NCBI GenBank assembly: GCA_039917855.1
Contig: JBDSIR010000098.1
Location: 13,000-76,999, forward strand
DNA: 64,000 bases
Origin: Gemmatimonadales bacterium
Lineage (GTDB): Bacteria; Gemmatimonadota; Gemmatimonadetes; Gemmatimonadales; GWC2-71-9
Direction: 5' to 3'
The notes below the pieces were generated by a model that saw only the letters and a program-made list of their open reading frames with translations, did not search any database and was not told the DNA's origin. The translations under genes were made by a program, and so were the position numbers. The number at the start of each line of letters is the position of its first letter. Position 1 is the stretch's first letter. Shown here one piece after another: positions 9,515 through 19,090 of the stretch.

Positions 9515-10210
9515 GGGGCCATAGCTGGTCAGCTCGATGGAACGAAGGCGTCGCGTCACCGGAGGCCTACTCGGGGCAGCGTACGGACCGGGCGGTGGGT
9601 CGAAATGCAGGGTCAGCCCGTCGGAGGGTGAGGGATCGCCACTCTCTTCGCAAAACATCAGGTCCAAAGACGAATCCACCTGCGCCGGATCGACCCTGAG
9701 TGCTCTGCTCACAACTTCAAGGGTAGCCCCGACTCGCAGCGCCCCTCCGAAAGCCAATGCGCTGTCCGACGTGAAGAGCCGCTCGAGACGGTCATTTCGC
9801 CGGTTGACTGTAACCTCCGCATGCCGGAATTCCAGAAACCTGATCGGGTATCTGCCGCCATCATCCTCGCTCGAACCATCCTTGCTCCGGGCTGGGGCCC
9901 CGAATGCTCGGAGCAGTTCGCGCTCGGAACTCCAAAAAGAGACTTTGCCGGCCGTGCCGAACGTGCGATCGGTACACTGCGGGCCCTCGGCTGGCGCATC
10001 AGATTGGGGCTCTCCAGGCGGGGAATCCGTGGTCTTGGGGCGCGAACGGAGCGAAAAGCCCGGATCGACTGCAATAGGCGGGATCGCCGCGAGGGCCGCG
10101 GAATCACTCGTCACCGATGCTCCGCGACGATTCGAGCACCCGCATGCCAACAGAAGGCCCAGCGCGCCCCAAACGTGCCATCTGGCCGCCGGACCACCTG
10201 ACCTCCTCAC
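9512..10210 (-). CDS. predicted lipoprotein of unknown function inserted between ftsW and murG
   Basis: In-frame tail of the 639-aa track ORF. The GTG at 10210 forms a GTGA overlap with the ftsW stop. N-terminus VRRSGGPAARWHVWGALGLLLACGCS has a basic n-region, a hydrophobic core and an LLAC lipobox. No recognisable family. Confidence 0.6.
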   Translation of the reverse strand: MRRSGGPAARWHVWGALGLLLACGCSNRRGASVTSDSAALAAIPPIAVDPGFSLRSRPKTTDSPPGEPQSDAPAEGPQCTDRTFGTAGKVSFWSSERELLRAFGAPARSKDGSSEDDGGRYPIRFLEFRHAEVTVNRRNDRLERLFTSDSALAFGGALRVGATLEVVSRALRVDPAQVDSSLDLMFCEESGDPSPSDGLTLHFDPPPGPYAAPSRPPVTRRLRSIELTSYGP

Positions 10211-11388
10211 TTCCGACCACCTGACCGCCCGACCGCCTGACCGCCCGCGCGCCCCCGCCTCCCCCGCTGCCTGCCGATCGAGAGCAGGATCCCGGTCGCG
10301 AGCAACGAGATCATCAGGCTCGACCGTCCGTAGCTCATGAACGGGAGGGTGAGCCCCGTGGTCGGCATCATCCCCATCGTCACCGCCATATGGAGGAACG
10401 CGGTGAACCCGACGCCGGTCGTGATCCCCACCGCGAGGTATTGCCCGAAGGGATCGGGCGCGGTGCGCGCGATCCGGTAGCCGAGCCAGACGAAGAGCGC
10501 GAAGAGGAAGATGATCGCACAGACGCCGACGAACCCCCATTCCTCGCCGATGGAGCTGAACAGGAAGTCGGAATAATTGTACGGCAGGTACCCGAGCTTC
10601 TGTTGGCCCTGGCCATAGCCGACGCCGATGAGCTGGCCGCTGCCGAAGCCGATGAGCGACTGGTTGATCTGGAAGCTCGCCGCGTCGCTCGCCTGGCCGG
10701 GGTTGAGGAAGGTGAGCACGCGGGCGAGACGATATTGCCAGTTCTGGATGCTGTAGAACAGGAGCGGCACCGCGGCCATGCTGAGCAGCAGGAAGTGGCC
10801 GATCCGCGCTCCGGCGCTGAACATCACCACGCCGGCGAGGAAGGTCACCAGGATCGCCATCGAGAGGTTCGGCTCGAGGAAGATCAGCAGCGCCACGAAG
10901 CCGACCACGACGAGGAAGGGGAAGAGTCCCTTCTTGAACTCCCGGATCTGGGCCCCCTTCTTGGCGGCGAGCATCGCGCACCAGATCACGATGACGAGCC
11001 GGGCGAGCTCGGAGGGCTGGAAATTCACCGGCCCCACATCCACCCAGCGCCGTGCCCCGTTGATCGAAGGCGCGATGCGATCGGTGCCCGGCAGGATCGG
11101 GATCAGCAGGAAAACGATGGTGGCGAGAAGCATCGGCCAGGCGAGCTTCTGCCACAGGTGATAGTCGAGCCGTGCGGCGACCAGCAGAAGGATCCCCCCC
11201 AGTGCGGCACCGGTGGCCTGCCGCAGCGCGAAGCCGAAGCCGATCGAGTCGCCGGCGTTGTTGGTCTGCAGGCTCGCCGCACCATACGTGCTCGCGATGC
11301 CGAACACCACCAGAATGGCGGTGACAACGCCGAGGAGCCGGGTCTCCCAACGCAGCTCGCCAGGATGCCGGATCACGGCGCCGGTCAT
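10207..11388 (-). CDS. ftsW: SEDS peptidoglycan glycosyltransferase FtsW
   Basis: Polytopic FtsW/RodA/SpoVE protein with QPSELARL and LPFMSYGRSSL motifs; dcw position. The Arg/Gly-rich C-terminal tail (GGQAVGRSGGRK) is encoded by an octamer repeat array. Confidence 0.93.
   Translation of the reverse strand: MTGAVIRHPGELRWETRLLGVVTAILVVFGIASTYGAASLQTNNAGDSIGFGFALRQATGAALGGILLLVAARLDYHLWQKLAWPMLLATIVFLLIPILPGTDRIAPSINGARRWVDVGPVNFQPSELARLVIVIWCAMLAAKKGAQIREFKKGLFPFLVVVGFVALLIFLEPNLSMAILVTFLAGVVMFSAGARIGHFLLLSMAAVPLLFYSIQNWQYRLARVLTFLNPGQASDAASFQINQSLIGFGSGQLIGVGYGQGQQKLGYLPYNYSDFLFSSIGEEWGFVGVCAIIFLFALFVWLGYRIARTAPDPFGQYLAVGITTGVGFTAFLHMAVTMGMMPTTGLTLPFMSYGRSSLMISLLATGILLSIGRQRGRRGRAGGQAVGRSGGRK
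10214..10245. repeat. tandem octamer array (NGACCGCC)x4, inverted relative to 9483-9514
   Basis: cgaccacc tgaccgcc cgaccgcc tgaccgcc, the reverse complement of the GGCGGTCN family. Lies inside the last codons of ftsW. Confidence 0.9.
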
Positions 11389-12740
11389 CGGGCCGCCACC
11401 CAGGCCCGGAACGTGGCCCCGCGCTCCTCATAGTTCTTGAACATGTCGTAGCTCGAGCAGGCCGGACTCAACAGCACCGCGTCTCCCGGCTCGGCCAATC
11501 CCGCAGCGGTGCGCAGCACGTCATCGAAGTCGCTCCCCAGCCGGATCACCTTGAGCTTGGCCTTGAGGTCCTGCTCCACCTGCGCTCCCGCCTCGCCATA
11601 CGCGATCACCGCCTTGCACCGCCCCCCCGCCGTCTCGGCCAGCCGAGTGTACGGCTCCCCCTTGTGGCGCCCGCCGAGCAGGAGGATGAAGGGGCGCTCG
11701 AGCCCGCGCACCGCTACCTCGGTCGACGCGATGTTGGTCGCCTTGGAGTCATTGATCCAGAGGACGCCGTTCACCTCGCCCACCGGCTCCATCCGGTGCG
11801 GCAGCGGCGAGAAGGTCCGGAGCCCCTCCGCGATCGTCGCGTGCGCGACCCCGACGCGGTCCGCCACGAGCATCGCGAGCAGGGCGTTGGCGACGTTGTG
11901 GTCGCCGAAGAGCGGGAAGCTCGACCGCGGCGCCACCGGCACTTCACCCAGCATCAGGCGGTCCACCGGCCGATCGAACCAGGCATCGGCTTTGCCCCGC
12001 GTCGAGAAGCGCAGGTGCGTCCCCGGGACCTCGCTGATCATCCCGCGCGAGATCGGGTCGTCGGCATTGCTGATCCAGAGCGAATGCTCATCCGCATTGA
12101 GGAAAAGCCGCGCCTTGTCGGCGTAGTACGCCTCGAGATCCGGATAGGCGTCAAGATGATCCGGGGCGAGGTTGGTCAGCGCCCCGATGGTGGGCTTGAG
12201 GCTCGGCATGTCATGCAACTGGAACGACGAGAGCTCGATCGCGAGCCACTCGGGACGCTTCGGCTCAAGCGCCACCGCGCTCAAGGGGGTGCCGATGTTC
12301 CCCGCGGCGGCAGCGGCGATCCCGCCGGTCTTGAGCAGGTGCCCGACCAGCGCGGTCGTGGTGGTCTTGCCGTTGGTCCCGGTGATGCAGGCGGTCTTGA
12401 TCCCCGGCATCGCCAGTAGCCCGAGCTCCGCCTCCGCGAGTTGTGGCACGCCGGACTCGAGCGCGGCCTTCCGGGCCGCCGTCGTCGGATTGACGCCGGG
12501 CGACACCACCGCGCGTTGGGCCTTCCCGATCCGCTGGAAGTCGTGCCCCTTGGTCTGGACCGTGGCGCCGAGTTGGCGGAGTCCCTCGATCTCCTCCGCG
12601 CTGGCTCCGCTGCCGGCATCCGAGGCATAGACGATGAGTCCCTCCCGCCGCAGGAGACGCGTGGCGGCGAGGCCGCTCTTCCCGAGCCCGATCACGGCGA
12701 TCTCGCGCCCGTCGGCGCGCCAGGCGTCGAATGGCGTCAC
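11385..12740 (-). CDS. murD: UDP-N-acetylmuramoylalanine--D-glutamate ligase
   Basis: IAVIGLGKSGLAATRLL and ITGTNGKTTTTAL. Start reset to the GTG at 12740 (GTGA overlap with the mraY stop). Confidence 0.92.
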   Translation of the reverse strand: MTPFDAWRADGREIAVIGLGKSGLAATRLLRREGLIVYASDAGSGASAEEIEGLRQLGATVQTKGHDFQRIGKAQRAVVSPGVNPTTAARKAALESGVPQLAEAELGLLAMPGIKTACITGTNGKTTTTALVGHLLKTGGIAAAAAGNIGTPLSAVALEPKRPEWLAIELSSFQLHDMPSLKPTIGALTNLAPDHLDAYPDLEAYYADKARLFLNADEHSLWISNADDPISRGMISEVPGTHLRFSTRGKADAWFDRPVDRLMLGEVPVAPRSSFPLFGDHNVANALLAMLVADRVGVAHATIAEGLRTFSPLPHRMEPVGEVNGVLWINDSKATNIASTEVAVRGLERPFILLLGGRHKGEPYTRLAETAGGRCKAVIAYGEAGAQVEQDLKAKLKVIRLGSDFDDVLRTAAGLAEPGDAVLLSPACSSYDMFKNYEERGATFRAWVAAR

Positions 12741-13864
12741 CGGAGCTTGAGGGTACCGAGGGCGATGAGCGCGCAGAGGATCCCGAGGATCCAGAACCGG
12801 ATCACGACGGTCGTCTCGTGCCACCCCAACTTCTCGAAGTGGTGGTGGAGCGGCGCCATCCGGAACACCTTGTGCGCATCGGCGTACTCCTTGCCTCGGG
12901 TCCGCTTGAACCACTTGTAGGTGGCGGTCTGCAGCATCACCGAGACCGTCTCGGCCACGAACACGCCGCCCACCAGCACCAGCAGGAACTCCGCCTTGAG
13001 CAGGATCGCGACGGTGCCGAAGGCGCCGCCGATGGCGAGGCTCCCGGTGTCCCCCATGAAGACCTGCGCCGGGTGGGCATTGAACCAGAGGAAGCCGAGC
13101 GAGGCGCCCATCAACGCGCCGCAGAAGATGGCGAGCTCACCCGCCCCCGGGAGGTAGAAGAGGTTGAGATACTGGGTCATGTCGGTGCGGCCGAACAGAT
13201 ACGCGAAGAGCGCGAAGGTCCCCGCCCCGATCGCCGTGAGCCCGGTGGCGAGTCCGTCGAGGCCGTCGGTGAGATTCACCGCGTTGGAGAACCCTGCCGC
13301 CACACCGGTCACGAAGACCACGTAGAGCCACGGCGCGAAGATGACCACGACGTACTTGAAGAACGGGATCGTCGTCCCGGTGGCGGGGATGGTCTCCGAC
13401 GGTACCGCCGGCCAGAAGATCAACGTGAGGCCGAGCACCACGCCGAAGGTGCACTGCCCGATGAGCTTCCACTTGGCCACCAGGCCGCGGGGCTTTCCCT
13501 GCACGATCTTGAGGTAGTCGTCGACGAAGCCGATGCCGCCCATCCACAGGGTGGCGCCGAGCGCGGTGACCACGAACCGGCTGGGGAACTCGGACCAGAG
13601 CAGGGTCGAGATGACGGTGGCGAGGAGGATGATGACGCCGCCCATGGTGGGCGTCCCCCGCTTCCCCTGGTGGCTGGCGGGCCCCTCGGCGCGGATCACC
13701 TGGCCCACCTTCTTCTCCCGCAGTCGCCGGATGATCCAGGGCCCGATGACGAAGGCCAGGAGGATCGCCGTGACCACCGCCCCCGCCGTGCGGAAGCTGA
13801 GGTAGTTGAAGAGGTTGAACAGGAGATACTGCTTGCTCAGCGGCCCGAGCAGTGCGTGGAGCAT
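12737..13864 (-). CDS. mraY: phospho-N-acetylmuramoyl-pentapeptide transferase
   Basis: PTMGG, NAVNLTDGLDGLA and HHHFE motifs; polytopic membrane protein. Confidence 0.95.
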   Translation of the reverse strand: MLHALLGPLSKQYLLFNLFNYLSFRTAGAVVTAILLAFVIGPWIIRRLREKKVGQVIRAEGPASHQGKRGTPTMGGVIILLATVISTLLWSEFPSRFVVTALGATLWMGGIGFVDDYLKIVQGKPRGLVAKWKLIGQCTFGVVLGLTLIFWPAVPSETIPATGTTIPFFKYVVVIFAPWLYVVFVTGVAAGFSNAVNLTDGLDGLATGLTAIGAGTFALFAYLFGRTDMTQYLNLFYLPGAGELAIFCGALMGASLGFLWFNAHPAQVFMGDTGSLAIGGAFGTVAILLKAEFLLVLVGGVFVAETVSVMLQTATYKWFKRTRGKEYADAHKVFRMAPLHHHFEKLGWHETTVVIRFWILGILCALIALGTLKLR

Positions 13865-13870
13865 CGGCCC

Positions 13871-15220
13871 TCAGTGCGATGGAGCGGTGGCGGTGATGCC
13901 GAGAGACGGAAGTATGCGTTCGAGCGCGGGCCCGCGGGAGGCCTTGAGCACCACGAGTTCGTCGCCCTGGAGCCGGGCGGCGAGGAGCGGACCCAGCGCC
14001 ACGGCGTCGGGCGCGGTCAGGAGCCGGTCGCCGAGTACAGCGCGGTGGGGTTCGAGCGCCGGGACGAACTCCCCCACCGCCGCGAGCAGCTCGGGCGCCA
14101 GGGCCACGAGGGCGTCCGCCACTTCGCGGTGATAGCGGGCGCTGTCGGCACCAAGTTCGCGCATCGTGCCCGCCACGAACACCAGCCGCCGCCCGCCGCG
14201 CATCGCCCGCGCCACGTCCATCACGGCGAGAAAGCTCGCCGGATTGGCGTTGTATGCGTCATTGAGGACGGTGAGCCCGCCGTGCTGGATCAATTCACCC
14301 CGGCCTCCGGGCAGGACGAGGCTGCCGAGCGCCGACGCCATCGCTGCGGGGTCGCAGAAGAGCTCACGCCCTACGGCCCAGGCGAGCATCGCGTTGCCCA
14401 CCTGATGGCGGCCCCGGATCGGGAGGTGCACCCGGTGCCCGTCGATCTCGAAGGTCGGTTCCCCCGCGGTGTTCATGCTCACCCGGTCCGGGACCCGGTC
14501 GGCCCCCTCGAGGCCCGCGCTGATCACCCGCTCCGCCACCCGCCGCGCACCTTCGGCGAGGCGGGGTGGATCGGTCCCCACGACGGCGAGCTTCACCTCC
14601 CGCGCCAGGGTGAGCTTCTCGAACATCACGCCCTCCACCGAGCGGAATCCATCCAGATGGCTCGGCTGGACATTGGTGATGACCACGAGGGTCGGCTCGA
14701 TGATGTCCCGTGCGCGGGCCAGCTCACCGGCCTCGCTCGCTCCCGCTTCGACCACCAGCGCCTCGGTCCCCGGCGGGGCGGCCAGGATCGTCTGCGGGAT
14801 CCCGACGAGATTGTTGAGGTTGAGCTTGGTCGCGTGCACCCGCCACCGGGTCCGGAGCACCGCGGCGAGCATCTCCTTGGTGCTGGTCTTCCCATTGCTC
14901 CCCGTGATGGCGATGACGGGCCCCGGGAACTCGCGCCGTCGTTCCCGCCCCAGGCGCCCGTAGGCGGCCAGCGTGTCCCCGACTTCGATGTGGGTCAGCC
15001 CAGGGGTCACCGGCGTCCCTCGCCGGACCACCGCCGCGAGGGCGCCTTTGTCCCGCGCCGCTGCGAGGTGCGCGTGCCCGTCGAACTGCTCGCCGGTCAG
15101 CGCCACGAAGAGGGCGCCGGGCGCGAGCGTCCGCGTGTCGGTCGAGATCTCGCGGAAGCCCACCCCCGAGACCGGGACGCCGAGCGCCCGCGCGACGAAC
15201 TCCGCGTTCCAGCGGCTCAT
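13871..15220 (-). CDS. murF: UDP-N-acetylmuramoyl-tripeptide--D-alanyl-D-alanine ligase
   Basis: ITGSNGKTSTKEM P-loop; Mur ligase architecture; dcw position. Confidence 0.93.
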   Translation of the reverse strand: MSRWNAEFVARALGVPVSGVGFREISTDTRTLAPGALFVALTGEQFDGHAHLAAARDKGALAAVVRRGTPVTPGLTHIEVGDTLAAYGRLGRERRREFPGPVIAITGSNGKTSTKEMLAAVLRTRWRVHATKLNLNNLVGIPQTILAAPPGTEALVVEAGASEAGELARARDIIEPTLVVITNVQPSHLDGFRSVEGVMFEKLTLAREVKLAVVGTDPPRLAEGARRVAERVISAGLEGADRVPDRVSMNTAGEPTFEIDGHRVHLPIRGRHQVGNAMLAWAVGRELFCDPAAMASALGSLVLPGGRGELIQHGGLTVLNDAYNANPASFLAVMDVARAMRGGRRLVFVAGTMRELGADSARYHREVADALVALAPELLAAVGEFVPALEPHRAVLGDRLLTAPDAVALGPLLAARLQGDELVVLKASRGPALERILPSLGITATAPSH

Positions 15221-16689
15221 CGGCGTCCCACCGCGGCCTCGACGATCGTCGGCTCGTCGAACGGGACCTTCTCCTTGCCGAGGATCTGGTAGGTCTCGTG
15301 CCCCTTGCCGGCCAGGAGGAGCGTGTCGCCCGGCTGCATCAGCGCCACCGCGGCGTGGATCGCCTCCTCGCGGTCGAGGATACGCAGCACCTTGCCCGCC
15401 CCGCTCCCCGGGATCCCGGCGACGATGTCGTCGATGATGCGTTCAGGATCCTCGGTGCGCGGGTTGTCGGTGGTGAGGATGACCAGGTCCGCCATCTCGG
15501 CCGCGATCCGGCCCATCTCCGGTCGCTTGCCGCGGTCGCGGTCGCCCCCGCAACCGAAGATCACGATCAACCGCCCCGCCGTGAGCGGGCGGAGCGTCGC
15601 CAGCACCCGCTCGTAGGCGTCGGGCGTGTGCATGTAGTCACGGAGTACCACGAACGGACTCCTGACCAGCACGTCCATCCGTCCCGGCACCTGCGGCGCG
15701 CTCGCGAGCCGCGCCACGACCTCGTCGAGCGGGCGGCCGAGGGCCAGGGCGGCACCGGCGGCGCCGAGGACATTGCTCAGGTTGAAGTCGCCGATGAGGG
15801 GGATCCGCACGTCGGCGTTACCCCAGCGCGACCGGAGGCGGAAGCTCGTGCCACCGGCCTCGGTCACCACGCCCTCGGCCCGGAGGTCGGCGTCGGGGCG
15901 GAGACCGAAGGTGACCCGGCGCGCCGGCGGGAGGACCGGGAGCGCATCCCACGCCGGGTCGTCGGCGTTGGTGATGGCACTCCCGTCGGTGCCGAGCAGC
16001 CCGATGAGCTTCGCCTTGGCGGCGAAGTAGTGCTCCATCGTGCGATGGTAGTCGAGGTGCTCGCGGGTCAGGTTGGTGAAGATCCCCGCCCCGAAGGCGA
16101 GCCCGTCGAGCCGCCCCTGGTCGAGCGCGTGCGAGCTCGTCTCCATGGCCACGGTGCGCACTCCCCGGTCACGAAGGGCCGCGAAGGTGGCCTGCAGGTC
16201 GATCGGTCCGGGTGTGGTCAGCGATCCGGCGGTCGACGGCACCACCTCGCCTTTTCCGTCGAAGGCCCCGATGGTGCCGATGACGCCGGCGGTGCCGTCG
16301 GCGTTGAACAGGTGGCGGACGATGTTGGCGGTGGTGGTCTTCCCATTGGTGCCGGTCACCGCCACGAGCGTGAGCGACCGGGCCGGGTCGCCGTACCACG
16401 CCCGCGCCACCGCGATCGCCGCCAGGCGGCCGTCCCGCACCACTACTTCGGGAACACCGAGCCCGAGCGGCCGCTCCACCACGACGGCCACGGCCCCCGC
16501 CTCCACGGCCGATCGCGCGTGTTCGTGGCCGTCGGTCTGGGTCCCTCGGATGGCGAGGTAGAGAGCACCGGGCTTCGCTTTGCGGCTGTCGTCGGTGAGC
16601 GCGGCAAGGGCGGGCTCGCTCGTCGGCGCCTGCAGGAGGAGGTCTGCGCGGCGGATCGCCTCGACGAGCGTGCGGAGCGGGATGTTCAT
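15217..16689 (-). CDS. murE: UDP-N-acetylmuramoyl-L-alanyl-D-glutamate--2,6-diaminopimelate ligase
   Basis: VTGTNGKTTTANI and TTDNPRTEDP (DNPR motif). Start reset to the ATG at 16689 (ATGA overlap with the ftsI stop). Confidence 0.92.
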   Translation of the reverse strand: MNIPLRTLVEAIRRADLLLQAPTSEPALAALTDDSRKAKPGALYLAIRGTQTDGHEHARSAVEAGAVAVVVERPLGLGVPEVVVRDGRLAAIAVARAWYGDPARSLTLVAVTGTNGKTTTANIVRHLFNADGTAGVIGTIGAFDGKGEVVPSTAGSLTTPGPIDLQATFAALRDRGVRTVAMETSSHALDQGRLDGLAFGAGIFTNLTREHLDYHRTMEHYFAAKAKLIGLLGTDGSAITNADDPAWDALPVLPPARRVTFGLRPDADLRAEGVVTEAGGTSFRLRSRWGNADVRIPLIGDFNLSNVLGAAGAALALGRPLDEVVARLASAPQVPGRMDVLVRSPFVVLRDYMHTPDAYERVLATLRPLTAGRLIVIFGCGGDRDRGKRPEMGRIAAEMADLVILTTDNPRTEDPERIIDDIVAGIPGSGAGKVLRILDREEAIHAAVALMQPGDTLLLAGKGHETYQILGKEKVPFDEPTIVEAAVGRR

Positions 16690-18650
16690 TCGGCCCAGAT
16701 CGTGACGATCGAACCAGGCTCGACGGCCGTCCCGGCCGTCGGCTCGCTCCGCACGACCCGCCCCAGGCCGCGCAGGTCGACGTGCAGCCCGCGGCGATGC
16801 AGCGCGAGCGCGGCCGACCGCGCGCCCTGCCCCGTCACCGAGGGGACGGCCACCGGTGCGTGTCTGGTCGTGTCGCTCACGGGGGGCCACGCGACCACGA
16901 CCGCCTGGCGCGGGACCACGTCGGCCGGCGCCTGCCGATCGGGCGCTGGTGCGCGGGTCCCGGTACCTCCAGTGAGTCGGGCACGATCGATCGCCACCCG
17001 GCGACTCGCCAAGGCCTGCTCGAGCATCCGTCGGACCACCGGGGCCGCGGTGGTGCCTCCGTAGCCGCTCCCCTTCCGGGGACTATCGAGCTTCACGACC
17101 ACCACGAGCTGGGGATCATCGGCCGGGAACATCGCCGCGAAGCTCGCGGTCAACTCGCCGGGAACGTAGGTACCGTCGCGGAATCGACGTGCCGTGCCGG
17201 TCTTCCCCAGGAGCGGATAGTTGGCCAGCTGTCCCATCTCCCCGGTGCCCCCCTCGGCCACCACGCCGCGGAGGAATTCCCGGAGCCGGGCCGCCACCTC
17301 GGAGCTCACCGCCCGACGTACCGGCTCCGGGCGATGGCGATAGACCACCGCGCCATCATTCGAGCGGATCTCGCGCACCAGGGCCGGCGTGAGAAGGATC
17401 CCGTCGGCGGCGATCGCGGCGTACGCGGCGGCGAGCTGCAGCGGCGTCACCCCGAACTCGTACCCGATCGCGAGCGACGGCCGTGTCAGCATGGTCCAGC
17501 GCTCCGGGCGCGCCAGGATCCCGCGGCTCTCGGCCGGATATTCGACACCGGTGGGACTCCCGAAGCCGAACGCCCGGAGCTGTTCATACTGTTCGGCCGG
17601 CTGCAGGCGCTGGGAGAACTTCGCCATCGCGATGTTGCTCGACACCGCCACCGCCCGCGCCAGCGTCACCCGCCCCGGTTCCGGGTGCACGTCGGTGATC
17701 TCGCGGGTGTTGCCGCGGGTGTCGATCGGCATCTTCCAATAGCCGTTCTCCCCGCTCACCGCATCGTTGTCGTCCACCCGGCCGAGCGCCACCAGGGCCG
17801 CCGCCGTGAACAGCTTCGCCGTCGAGCCCGGTTCGAAGGGATCGGTGATGCTCGACGGACGGGTCGAACTCCCCCCCAGCTGGCGCGAAGCGAGCGCGAG
17901 GATCTCTCCCGAACGGGGATCGAGGAAGACGATATCACCGCCATCGGCATCGAGCGCCTCGAGCGCATCGCCCAACCCCTGCTCCGCGATGTCCTGGAGT
18001 TCGGCGTCGAGCGTGAGGTAGACGTCCCCGCCCGCGATCGGCGACCGGAGCCGGCGCGACGGTGAGTCATATCTCCTCCCAGCGCGGTCCTTCTGCACCG
18101 TCGCCTCTCCCGGCACTCCGCGCAGCAGCGAATCGAGCACCAGCTCGAGCCCCGATCCGCCGACGGAGCTGTCCGGGTCGAAGACGCCGATGATCGGCCG
18201 CGCCAGCCCCTGCGCCGGGTAGAAACGGGCGTATTCCCCTTCCAGGTGCACACCTTTCACCCGACGGAGCGGCTCCACTTGGGCGGCCGTGAAGGGGCCG
18301 TGGTAGTAGAGCCAAGCTTTCCCCGACCGGGTGTCGCGCCGGAGCCGATCGGGAGGGATCGCGAGCGCGCGCGCCACCGCACGCACCGCCGCCTGGGCGT
18401 CGATGAATTCGTTGGGTGCCAGCCCGACGTGGTAGTACTCCTGGGAGATCGCCAGCGGCACGCCGTTGCGGTCGAGGATGGCCCCGCGGCGCGCCGGCAG
18501 GACCTCGCGCACGGTGCGGGCATTCGCCGCCTGAGCCGAGAACTCGCGCCCGCGCACCAATTGCAGCCGGCCCGCCTGCACCACCGCCGCCACGAGCGCG
18601 AGCCCGAGGCCGACCTGCACGACGGTAAGGCGGGTCTCGAACTTGGCCAT
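16686..18650 (-). CDS. ftsI: class B penicillin-binding protein FtsI (PBP3) with one C-terminal PASTA-like domain
   Basis: Transpeptidase motifs GSTAKL (SxxK), SSN and KTGT. N-terminal TM. The last ~60 aa (VPSVTGQGARSAALALHRRGLHVDLRGLGRVVRSEPTAGTAVEPGSIVTIWAE) fit the PASTA pattern. Confidence 0.93.
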   Translation of the reverse strand: MAKFETRLTVVQVGLGLALVAAVVQAGRLQLVRGREFSAQAANARTVREVLPARRGAILDRNGVPLAISQEYYHVGLAPNEFIDAQAAVRAVARALAIPPDRLRRDTRSGKAWLYYHGPFTAAQVEPLRRVKGVHLEGEYARFYPAQGLARPIIGVFDPDSSVGGSGLELVLDSLLRGVPGEATVQKDRAGRRYDSPSRRLRSPIAGGDVYLTLDAELQDIAEQGLGDALEALDADGGDIVFLDPRSGEILALASRQLGGSSTRPSSITDPFEPGSTAKLFTAAALVALGRVDDNDAVSGENGYWKMPIDTRGNTREITDVHPEPGRVTLARAVAVSSNIAMAKFSQRLQPAEQYEQLRAFGFGSPTGVEYPAESRGILARPERWTMLTRPSLAIGYEFGVTPLQLAAAYAAIAADGILLTPALVREIRSNDGAVVYRHRPEPVRRAVSSEVAARLREFLRGVVAEGGTGEMGQLANYPLLGKTGTARRFRDGTYVPGELTASFAAMFPADDPQLVVVVKLDSPRKGSGYGGTTAAPVVRRMLEQALASRRVAIDRARLTGGTGTRAPAPDRQAPADVVPRQAVVVAWPPVSDTTRHAPVAVPSVTGQGARSAALALHRRGLHVDLRGLGRVVRSEPTAGTAVEPGSIVTIWAE

Positions 18651-18652
18651 CG

Positions 18653-19090
18653 TTACGGGCGCCGGGTGGGGGATCGGCTCGGCGCGGGGCGCACCGGCGC
18701 CTTGCGGACCGGGGGACGCGCGACTACGCGCGGCTTTGCGGGCGCCGGCTTGACCGTGTCTCCCCGGGCCGCCGGGGCGCCGGCCGCCTCGGCGGGAAGC
18801 CCGCCCTGCGCGTCGGCGGGCATCACCAGGACGGTGATCTCCCCGGCCGCCGGTTCGTGCAGTCCGAGGTCGGCCGTAGCGCGCGGCACGAGAACTTGGC
18901 GGCTCGACGCCTGCCGGATCCGCCGCTCGAGTTCACCCCGGCGAGCCTCGAGCGCCGAATGCTCGTCGCGTGCCGCACGCAGCGCCTGGGCGGTGGCGAA
19001 GCCGCTGGTCTGCCGCGCCGCCACGCTCCCAAGCGTGCCGAGCGCGACGACCAGCCAGAGCATCACCCAGTGGCGACCCTTCAGCGTCAT
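18653..19090 (-). CDS. ftsL: cell division protein FtsL-like (TM + coiled coil, Pro-rich tail)
   Basis: MTLKGRHWVMLWLVVALGTLGSVA TM followed by a heptad-like Ala/Arg/Glu segment. Canonical position between rsmH and ftsI. The ATG at 19090 forms an ATGA overlap with the rsmH stop. Confidence 0.65.
   Translation of the reverse strand: MTLKGRHWVMLWLVVALGTLGSVAARQTSGFATAQALRAARDEHSALEARRGELERRIRQASSRQVLVPRATADLGLHEPAAGEITVLVMPADAQGGLPAEAAGAPAARGDTVKPAPAKPRVVARPPVRKAPVRPAPSRSPTRRP

Noticed and set aside
9289-9522. 77-aa minus-strand ORF containing a MurG-like TRILIAGGRT peptide.
   Set aside because: It consists of the duplicated 31-nt murG fragment plus repeat-encoded PDRPT and HRSPLT strings. 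It is a relic of a duplication, not a gene.
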